A stretch of DNA of 64,000 bases from contig CM059425.1 in the NCBI GenBank assembly GCA_030390025.1, positions 175,896,001-175,960,000 on the forward strand, written 5' to 3'. Below, piece after piece: positions 50,501 to 59,035 of the stretch (position 1 is its first letter; the number at the start of each line of letters is the position of its first letter). The notes beneath the pieces are model-generated. The model was given only the letters and a program-made list of their open reading frames with translations, was not told the DNA's origin and ran no database searches. The DNA comes from Squalus acanthias (taxonomy: Eukaryota). The position numbers and the translations under genes were made by a program.

Positions 50501-53500
50501 ATGATTTGCTCTTATTTACGGACTCAAGGGAGGAGCATGGACCACTACTGGACGAGTTGTTGGAGCTGTTAGCAAAAAAGGGTTTTAAAATAAACCCTAA
50601 GAAAGCAGCGGGAAGTAAAATTCCTGGGACTGACCATACGCGCTGGGGAAAGAGCCATAGACAAAGCAAGGAGGGAGTCGGTGCAAGAATTACCGATTCC
50701 CAACAACGTAAGGGGTGTGAGGTCCTTCTTGGGACTGACCGGTTACTGCAGGGATTTTATCGAAGATTATGCGGCCACAGCAGCGCCGCTCCTCCGACTC
50801 CTCCATAAGGGGGTGGAGTGGTTTTGGGACGAGGGCTGCCAAGCAGCCTTCGAGAAGTTAAAAAGGGATCTGCAGACCGCGCCAGCCTTAGGGGCCATAG
50901 ATGGGGGGAAGGAGTTTTTCCTGGAGGTAGCTGCCAGCGGAGACAGCTTAAGCGCCGTACTGCTCCAAGAGCGTCACGGCAAGCTGAGGCCGGTTGTCTA
51001 TTCATCCAGGGTGTTAACGGATGTGGAGAGAAGTTTCTCCAATTGCGAAAGGCACCTTTTAGCCACGCATTGGGCTGTGAAAAGATCAGCGATCTTCACA
51101 GGGCTCTCTCCCATCACTCTCCTCACACATCACACACCAACTAAGATGCTTCTGGATGGGAGGATTAAAGACGGGACCGTAAGCAGCGCACGCATTGCGC
51201 GTTGGACCCTTCTTCTCTCCCAGTTGGATCTTAGAGTAAAAGGTCTTTGCGAGCCCAGGCTTGCGGCCAATTTGGTATACCCCGGTACAGCCCACCGGTG
51301 TTCGGTGGAAGGGGTGTGGGACGTCAACATAGGTTTATGGGCCGGGATACATCCCACTGGGCGCGAGATTTATGTTGATGGGTCTAGCACAGTGTCTGCT
51401 GGCGAGCGACTCACAGGGTGTGGAGTTTATGACCCTGCGGCAGACCTTGCCCTGGCGATCAAGCTCCCTAGCACTATGAGCGCGCAGCAAGCTGAGCTGT
51501 CTGCCGTGGTGTACGTTGTGACCCACCCAGACATTTTCCCAACCCCATACACGATTTGCTCGGACAGTATGTTCACCTGCAATTCGTGTACGGAATACCT
51601 GGCCATTTGGTCCCGCCGCGGATACACCTCCGCGGACGGGCGACCTTTAACGGTGAAGCCCTTGCTGGAAAAGATCTTAGCAGCAGCAGTAGGGGAGGAA
51701 GGAGAGATTTTCATCCATAAGGTGAAAGCTCACTCCTCCACAGAGCCCCGTGGGGAGAGCAACCAGCAGGCGGATGCGCTAGCCAGGGAAGGTGCCCGCA
51801 ACGGCATTTTCTGGAACCCCTATGGGACCAGACCCATAGCAGCGGTCCGAGGCAGGGACGGGAATCCCGGGAACACCAGGGTAGCATTGCCCCTAGACCT
51901 TAAGACCGTCCAAGCCCAGGATCCCGCCCTAAAAGCAGTCCTAAAAACCATTGCTGAGGGGAGGCAGGTAGAAGGTCCGTACAGTACGGCAACCCTCTCA
52001 GTTAAGGAAGGCATGCTGTTCCGCGAGGAGCAGTGGGTTGTGCCACAGCAGCACAGGAGGGAATTCCTCCAGTTGGCTCACGAGGGACCAGGGGCAGGGC
52101 ACCCCGGGCCCGAGGTTACCTGGCAACGGGTAGAGCAAGCGGGATGGTGGCCAGGGCTCAGGGAACAAGTCCACGAGTTCTGTGCAAACTGTCTTGTGTG
52201 CGCTGCAAACAACCCAGACCCCCAGAAAAGGAAGGTGCCCATGGGACACGTAAGAAGGGTAGAGGGACCATGGCAGTCGATACAGATCGACTATATAGGA
52301 CCCCTGCCCACCACCCAGGGAGGTTATAAGTACTGCCTCGTCCTGGTGGATGTGTTTTCCAAGTGGGTGGAAGCCTTCCCTTGTCGAACAGCTACGGCAC
52401 TGGGTACAGCAAAAATCTTGGTCCGGGAAGTGTTCTCGCGGTGGGGACTTCCCCGTTTTGTGGAGTCAGACCAAGGGAGTCATTTCACCGGCCAGGTGAT
52501 GCAGAACACCCTCATGCTTTTGGGCATTGAAGGGAAGTGGCACGTAGCACACAATCCCCAGTCATCCGGGATTGTTGAACGTATGAACCGGACCCTGAAG
52601 GAGAAATTGAGGAAAGAGACTAGGAACTCGCCCCAAAAATGGGCGGAAGTTCTGCCTTTAGTCCTCATGGGGGTCCGGGCCAGTCAGTCAAAAAGTACGG
52701 GGTACTCCCCGCACGAGGTAATGACTGGGAGGCTCATGCGAACCCCCACCCATGTGCTAGCACCGGTGCTCACTGAGGGTCAGCTCCAAGAGATAAGCAG
52801 GGACAAGTTCGCCCAGACTCTCTTGGAGCGCCTGAAGCAAGTTTATGAGCAGGCGGCTGGGAACATGGGAAGGCAGCATCAGGGCAATCGCTTGTTGCTG
52901 GAACCCCGCAAAACGCGGGAGTGGGAAGTAGGAGACCAGGTCATGGTCAGAAACTACGCCAGAGTAGGGAGTCTGGAACCACTGTATATGGGACCCTACA
53001 ACATTGTAGACAAGGCGAGTCCCATGGTTTACGCCGTAAAAGTACCTCGGCGCACTAAGTGGTTCCACATAAACCAATGCAAACTGTACCAGCCAGGTGC
53101 GCAGGGGAAAACTACAGGGGTAAATCCCGCCAATGGGAAAGCACAGCCCCAGGTAGGACCACAAGGCACACAGGCAGGCATAGCAGCTTGCATCAGGGGA
53201 AGGGACATCCCGGACGATCATGCAGCGTTTTTCTGGAATTGGGGGTTAGATGAGGAAGAATTCAGGGTACCCGGGTCTGATGAGGATAGTACAGATGAGG
53301 ATAGTGATGACGACGGGTGGTTTCGGAGGAATGGTCCCTTTTACGATATGGGGAGAATGCGGGCTGCAGATAGAGATCCACACAGGGTGGACACACAAGC
53401 TGCAGGTCCCGAAGACAGGAGGGAGGAGCTAGGGGAGGCGGGGCCAGCCGCTATGGGAGCACAGAGAGTACCGGTGTGGCTCCCAGAGATGTGGCCGCCC

Positions 53501-56500
53501 GCTTTGAACGTCCCGTCCTCGGGGGAGGCAGAGATCACGAGTGAAGGGCCGCCTGCTGGGCCGAGCAGGGCGGAGCCACAAACTGCAAGCCCCGAGGTTA
53601 GGGAGGCGGAGTCAGCGGAGGCGGAGCCAGCGACTGTGATGGAACCCCAGGTCATCCCGATGGAAGTCTCGGAACCCGGTCCGTCCGTCACGGAACCCCC
53701 GCCCATAGCAACTCCCCGTAGGTCAAGTAGAGAACCCCAGCCCAGGAGGATGTGGTCATGTCCCCAGACTGCCCCAAGGCGAAAATTTAAGGTTAAGATA
53801 ACCCAGATACAGACCGGCCACATCGCAGCAGTAACAGGCTGCGGCAGATCAGAGGGAAGGGTCAGTGCCCTCCCACCGTCGGGAAGAGCTCGCAGCAGCC
53901 TTCTCAGAATTTAAAGGGGCCGCCCTGAGAACGGGCGGCACTGTAAAGTTATAGTTCTAAGTTTTAAGTTTATAGTTCAAGGTTAAGTTTTAAGTTAATA
54001 ATTCAAGGTTAAGTTTATAGTTTTTTTAACAGAAAACGATAAAATGATGGGAGTTTTAAAGATAGGTTTAGTGAAAAGTTTATACAGCAAACGTGGAAGT
54101 TTACGTGAGGCGAGGTCAGAGGACCCGCTCACCCTTCACAGAAGCCAGAGACTCTTGCGAGGCTGGCTACCTCATTCTATCTGATCACAGGAACCAAGGA
54201 AGGATGGAACGAATTCTAGTATTGCTCGTGGCAATCGGATGTGGATTGGCCTATCGAGGCCGCACCAAGGATGTCGTGGTGTTTGGATGTTCCGGGGACA
54301 CGGCCCCCATCGCGGTGGATGGGACCGGAAGACGGGAGGCAGAGGAGACCAGCACCTATTTCCACAAGGGAAGGTGGCCAGGATGGCTGGGAACGAACTC
54401 AACGGAGTATTCCAGCACATCGGGGTTTGCCTACAAAGAGACTTCTTTACTGTGCCCCAAAGTAAGGATCATCGCACCCAGGATCAGCGTCACCGTCGGC
54501 AAACGGATTTGTTTGACTTGTAGTGGGAAGGTCCCATTGAGCCGATGGTGGTGGCTGCGAAAGCTGAGCAACACTATGAGGAACTCTTCGGTCGAGTGGG
54601 AACGACTGGGTAATAATACCCATCGGACAATTACGGGGACAGACGGACAAGTGAAAGTCTGTTGGGACAAATGGTGGGAACCGGATGAGGGAATTTATGT
54701 ATGTATGTGGGGGTCAAAGTACGTTTGCCCCAAAGGCATCTCCATATTTTTCATTAATCAATGGCAGGATAACGGACAGGGGATGAGGTGGGATGCGAGC
54801 ACCAGGGGGTGCGGAGCCCCATTCTCCCCGATCCCAGTAAATGCCACTGAGCTCATTACGCGCCCACGCAAAGCCCCGCCCACGATTCCGGTGGTTCTAG
54901 CTGAGGAAGAAGGGTGCCCTAAAACTAGTAAGGGACCCGGGAATGGTTTGGTACTGGTCCCCACAGACCAGATACTATTTCAGGGGGTACATTACGCGGT
55001 GGCCTCGGTGATTTTAAATCTCACCGAGGTGCGGTTACCAGAGTGGTGCCCCAAAAAGACGGAACAGTTGTATCAGGTCCTGTTGACCAAGATGTTCAGA
55101 CAATTTTACGAATTCGATTTCGCGGAAATTGATAAGACAAGTTTGTACACCGCACCACAGGAAGTTTTGAATCAAGCAGGGAGGCAAAGAAGGGGTTTGG
55201 TGAACGATGCGTTCACTGCTTTTAACACGGGTACATCTGTGGTCAACGCTCTAGACAGTGTGGAGCTGCAGACCCAGATTATTGGTTTAAAGACACAATT
55301 AAAGGACATTCTAACAGATGAGAATAAAGTGGTAGGGTCGGGTCTACACGAGGACCAAGCCATGACTCTCCATTTAAAGGAAATTATAGCAGAGTTGGAG
55401 AAACATGCAAAGACGGTAAATGCCCTGATTAGGGAAGATCGGAATGCATCCGATCAAGCTGCGCAGAACGAGGTGTGCGTGCTTTACGGGGCGTGGTTAC
55501 TGGGCGAGGGCCGCAGTAATTTGGAGGATTTAAAACAAGGTTTGGTTCCGTCCTGGATAAGTAACAAACACCTGCGGGCGCTCCACCCGTTTCAGAACGC
55601 ATTAAGTCCGTGCCAGCTCAGGCTAGCTTCAGAAGCTTACCCAGTCCCCGTGGACTGCGGACGTTCAAACCATACTATTATGGGAATAGTATTACGCATG
55701 CCGGTTTTGGGCGACACAGCAAAGCCCGCCCCGGTATATCGGGTAGAGAACATTGGTGTCATTCAGGGGGGAGCCCACATTCGTTACGCAGCGGTTCCAC
55801 CTTACGTCATCCGCTGGGAGCAAACGATGACAGGTACAGATCTCTCTGGTTGTCGTGGCAGGGGAGCACACATAATACTGTGCCCCCAGCACTTGAATGC
55901 CTTTTTAACACCACAGTGCGGGTTCAGAACGACTGGCGCCAAGTCCATGAATTGCACCATGGAGGCAATGGCACAAGATCATGTGCCTCCGCAGGTAGCA
56001 TACATCGGGGGTGGAACATATTGTGTTACCACTGCAGCGCAACACTACCAGCATGGAAACCGTAGCCGGTGTCCGGTGAGTGACAGCAGTTTCTGTTTTA
56101 AACCCAGGGCGGAAGTTCAAGTAGCACAACAGCGAATTATCCCAATCCCTGAACCATCCACTGTTCATCTCACAGTAAAAGAGAATTTCACCGACTTGCA
56201 GCGATTCGTCGCGCATTTTGGATACCTCATTCCCCCTCTCCCTGAACACCTCACCAAGCTTTTAAAAGCCGTCGCGGTGTCACAGAAACACTTTTACACA
56301 TTAGAACAGAAAACTGTCGAAATAGGAACAGACATTTTGGATATCGTAGTTCCACCGTGGTGGAATCTGTTCACCAATATTGAAGTGCCTTCATGGATCA
56401 GAATAGCCTCCCACATTTTAGTCGTATGCCAAGTGTTTATTGTAGTGTACCTATTGGTCGTACATTGTAAAAGAGACAAACGCCTCACCAAGCATGAAAA

Positions 56501-59035
56501 CACGGGAGAGTGGCGAGAACGTTACGTGCGCGTGCACGATGAAAGCACCGTGTGATCGGAAAATGGCGTCACTCCCGCGCGCCACATGCGCCGCGGAAGT
56601 TTGTACTCGATGATGATTTTCAGAGATTGTAAATACGTTGGGAACTCGACATGTTTTAAGAGTTGGTGTTGATTATTTTGGTGATGGTGTTACAGTTAAA
56701 AATGATTGTTTGGTTTTGGGTTTTGTTTTTCCTTTCCCTGAATAAAAGATGAATATACAGGTGATACGAGAGGCATCGGCCTGGTTACGCCGGGAAGGAA
56801 AACAAGTGGTGTAAGTTTAAGGGCAAATAATGCCTACGGTGATATAAAATGTAATTTTCTTGGGAAATGAGGACGACACAGAGACCCTAGCTAAGTTAAA
56901 ATTATGGGATTAATTTACTGGATTCGGAGAGAAATCGAGATAATATTGCTCACCACTATGATTTTTGATACGATAAGCGGAGTTATTCGCATCAACAGGA
57001 GGGACTGTAGAATTCGCAATATATCGCGATTTTATTAATAAGGAGAAAACACAGAGTTTCGTTCAAACAGCTTTTATTTCAGCAGAATGCTGACAGGTTT
57101 AAAGTGGACACAAGCAGCCTGTAAAATGGCCGCCGCACCTCGTGACAGAACATTCTAGACTTTTCAACAGGCAGACAAGATGGCGTTCCAATAAACATTT
57201 GTGCAAGATCAATTAAGAGTCAGCACAGTGAAGATAATACACGAGACATTATGGGTTTGCAGTATACACATAAATACTGAAATCGGTCTCCCAGGTACAA
57301 AGGAAAGCCATTGTACCGAGTAATCAAGGGCCCATCCAAAAGACATTAATATGTAAAATCCCAACGACTCTACGATGAGAGAGCCGTTAGCAGGTAGTTA
57401 TACAGGACACTTGGAAGCCCCAAACCCCTCCAGGGAGAACACCGACCGATTTAACAATGGGAGAAATATTAACAGGTACTCAGACATTTACGAGTAGCCC
57501 CGAAACCCATTAAGAACGGAGATCACCCATACAAGACATTTGAGCGCCAGACCTTAAACAAAAGAATGGACATTATAGTTGGGCGGGAAACGGAAGATTT
57601 TGCACTATAATTGCAGGCTCCAAACCGTCCATCTTTCTCTTGCTGCTCTTATCATCGTGGCTGCTCCTGTGTACTCGTAGTTGGGCTTCTGCTTGCCTGT
57701 TGCCTCTTCTGAAAAGACTGTTGAACTTTCTGATCCGTTCGGATCTACCTCGTGTCGCGTAACGAAGACCTATATTGGTAACCGGTATCGGAACCAAAAG
57801 GCCCGAGAAGAGATGAGATGAGATGAGATGAGAAGAGAGGAAGACCATATCCATCGCCACGGTCAGTAAATCCCGACCGCGCCTGTAGATCGATTAGCCA
57901 AGTTTTCCTCGCCAGGAAGACTTCTTCGAACTTATAACGAAACATATTGCATCGATGATAACTGGACTGTGCCCAAAGTAACTGGAATGTGAAAGCCACC
58001 AATACAGATCTTCATCACAGCAGACGTTCCAGCCTGCTAGCCGGAGCAGCAGAAGCAAGTAAACAAGTGGGACCAGGAGATCTCCTGACCGACACGTGGG
58101 TGCTGCGGTGAAAAACATCCGATCAGCTATTCGGAATTTCTCCGAGTTATCACGAGTGGTAAGCATGAGTCTCGAAATCCTACGAATCTAGTTTAGGATA
58201 GATATTGATAGGGGAGGGTTTAAGGATTAAGGATATTTGTAATGTGTGCCCCTATTTACTTTGTGCCGTTCGTTCCTCGTTTCCCTAAGATCGACTATAT
58301 AACTGTTTGTAAGATTGTACTGTCATTAATCTGTGCTTATGACATGTATTTCATAATCTTAAGTATCATGCAATAAAGATTTTCCACTTCGTACCATTCA
58401 AACCAAGTCTACATGAGTTTCATCTCCAGTACTGCTCTCGCATCTAAGTCCAGTGTCTAGAACCGTAAGGGAGAGTGATTCGAACCACTCACAGGTGTGT
58501 CTAGTGTTCCCAGACTGGCTGGAGACCAGAACAGGCAACGAGGCCTAGACCCGCACTGACATACAGGCTGCACAGAGCCGCGTGAATCTCACAGGCTGCG
58601 AGACACGCAGGGTCAGAATCCCTTACATCCCATAGGTGAATAGCCCTTACTGTATGCATAGTGTGGAATGTGCGTGTGTGTTTCATGAGAGGGCCATAGG
58701 TGTTGGATGAGTGTTGTGCATTGGGGTTTTAAGACCCTCTGGCCATAGAGTGAGGTTGAGATGGAGGGATGGAGAGGTATTGAAAAAAAGCCACTCACCC
58801 TGACGACCCGAGTGAGGTCGTTGAACTTTTTCCGACATTGTACATGGGTCCTGGGCACCATGCTCCTGCAGGAGACGCTCTGAGCCACCTCCCTCCACAC
58901 TCTTCTGTACTCACGCGGCAAAGGCCTCCTGCCACTCTCTGGGTACAGTATTGATCTTCTGCGCTCCACCGCGCCAACCAGAGCATCCAAGGCCCGCTCG
59001 CTGAAGCGCTGAGCTCGTTCTCTCACCCTCTCCAT
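44596..59035 (-). CDS. Harbinger Myb/SANT-like DNA-binding protein, 3 predicted exons (59035-58799, 45873-45711, 45551-44596; 451 aa)
   Basis: Exon 1 reads RFSERALDALV...W.EVA..V...RT..QCRKKFNDL. Canonical GT/AG sites with matching phases give a continuous 1356-nt frame. Confidence 0.8.
45991..47612 (+). repeat. 5' LTR of provirus 2 (1622 bp)
   Basis: TGTAG...CTTACA. I found only one difference from the 3' LTR by eye (46895 T vs 57910 C). Candidate TATA at 46591, splice donor at 47144, AATAAA at 47357. Confidence 0.95.
47617..49428 (+). CDS. gag: Gag polyprotein of provirus 2 (603 aa, intact)
   Basis: Coiled-coil N-terminal half, PSAPPSY late domain, capsid-like region and a single CCHC knuckle CYGCGKTGHWRKHC. 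Confidence 0.9.
   Translation: MATAAGHWQREGSVLDFGMTVRNVMQEKIADYVFGKVNLTKKWISELLADKSPLEAAERWTDSKEHRKTLEKAVWLMCYKRQVQISNQTITALVARISHLEGEMDEKVSGGEVLIKNLNELHQESQEVSSHLKTRIDYLECQVTEAKLNESRLKERCNRQAAQIRTQEESLTGVRAAYKLALEDKFQGADHSACQREIEHLKKAVNNANGMVCLINPSAHQPLVNERFRKSPPSKAEEVVATAPSAPPSYSETWVREEAMEETKEPIEKEVGKGSLYPVTGIKRGPSRNGGEEPGDLLGQLVLPHSSHQLRAMINHVRKLTEADDPSVHFREVEQAAAINGCDDGETAKMLLFSLDSSVLQCLSGESKRGTKSYEELKNEVLEVLGANDEGPFARVGQTVQMEGEPPKVFADRLWPVYERSCLGAPEREDVEGTALTHWLRCIIANSLPAVREQAKAWFDPNDPNITEESVLNRLTLGYRNIRGMATRPLKGRVHEVRPAAPYQREWHQEGNRAPQASNACYGCGKTGHWRKHCRNPWKDSKDKNPAVRAQAPVPAREASAPTPPDDLEAVLGAMRKLVLNARGQVAVATGPVGAAGPSNSTP
47618..47635 (+). promoter_or_regulatory. Primer binding site, tRNA-Arg(UCG)
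   Basis: TGGCGACCGCGGCAGGAC is complementary to the 3' end (GUCCUGCCGCGGUCGCCA) of vertebrate tRNA-Arg(UCG), as recalled from memory. Confidence 0.85.
49429..53914 (+). pseudogene. pol: Pol of provirus 2 (PR-RT-tether-RNase H-IN plus tail), frameshifted by an 11-nt deletion at 50607/50608
   Basis: In frame with gag after TGA. ORFs 49489..50808 and 50681..53914. Compared with provirus 1, cggatcggtca is missing in the KKA-RIGQ-QEVKFLG region. Confidence 0.92.
54204..56555 (+). CDS. env: Envelope glycoprotein of provirus 2 (783 aa, intact): signal peptide, Ig-like domain, furin site, F-protein-like ectodomain, TM
   Basis: MERILVLLVAIGCGLA signal peptide. RQRR/GLVNDAFTAFNTGTSVVNAL followed by a heptad repeat, a Cys-rich region and the ILVVCQVFIVVYLLVV TM helix. 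A conserved splice acceptor lies at 54190. Confidence 0.9.
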   Translation: MERILVLLVAIGCGLAYRGRTKDVVVFGCSGDTAPIAVDGTGRREAEETSTYFHKGRWPGWLGTNSTEYSSTSGFAYKETSLLCPKVRIIAPRISVTVGKRICLTCSGKVPLSRWWWLRKLSNTMRNSSVEWERLGNNTHRTITGTDGQVKVCWDKWWEPDEGIYVCMWGSKYVCPKGISIFFINQWQDNGQGMRWDASTRGCGAPFSPIPVNATELITRPRKAPPTIPVVLAEEEGCPKTSKGPGNGLVLVPTDQILFQGVHYAVASVILNLTEVRLPEWCPKKTEQLYQVLLTKMFRQFYEFDFAEIDKTSLYTAPQEVLNQAGRQRRGLVNDAFTAFNTGTSVVNALDSVELQTQIIGLKTQLKDILTDENKVVGSGLHEDQAMTLHLKEIIAELEKHAKTVNALIREDRNASDQAAQNEVCVLYGAWLLGEGRSNLEDLKQGLVPSWISNKHLRALHPFQNALSPCQLRLASEAYPVPVDCGRSNHTIMGIVLRMPVLGDTAKPAPVYRVENIGVIQGGAHIRYAAVPPYVIRWEQTMTGTDLSGCRGRGAHIILCPQHLNAFLTPQCGFRTTGAKSMNCTMEAMAQDHVPPQVAYIGGGTYCVTTAAQHYQHGNRSRCPVSDSSFCFKPRAEVQVAQQRIIPIPEPSTVHLTVKENFTDLQRFVAHFGYLIPPLPEHLTKLLKAVAVSQKHFYTLEQKTVEIGTDILDIVVPPWWNLFTNIEVPSWIRIASHILVVCQVFIVVYLLVVHCKRDKRLTKHENTGEWRERYVRVHDESTV
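56993..57005 (+). promoter_or_regulatory. Polypurine tract of provirus 2
   Basis: CAACAGGAGGGAC abuts the 3' LTR. Confidence 0.75.
57006..58627 (+). repeat. 3' LTR of provirus 2 (1622 bp)
   Basis: Direct repeat of 45991-47612. Confidence 0.95.

Larger units (their letters stand above)
45991..58627 (+). mobile_element. Provirus 2: nearly intact, very recent lokiretrovirus-like endogenous element
   Basis: LTRs 45991-47612 and 57006-58627, TSD TCCC (45987-90 / 58628-31), PBS, PPT, intact gag and env, and pol with one 11-nt deletion. Confidence 0.95.

Noticed and set aside
54093..54203. N-terminal extension of Env from the GTG start in the ORF track
   Set aside because: The signal peptide, the conserved acceptor and provirus 1 all point to the ATG at 54204.
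56855..56940. SECIS element that would recode the gag UGA as selenocysteine
   Set aside because: A conserved ATGA is present, but I cannot find the 11-12 bp helix II, the apical AA or the opposing GA at the right spacing in both copies. A SECISearch run would settle it.
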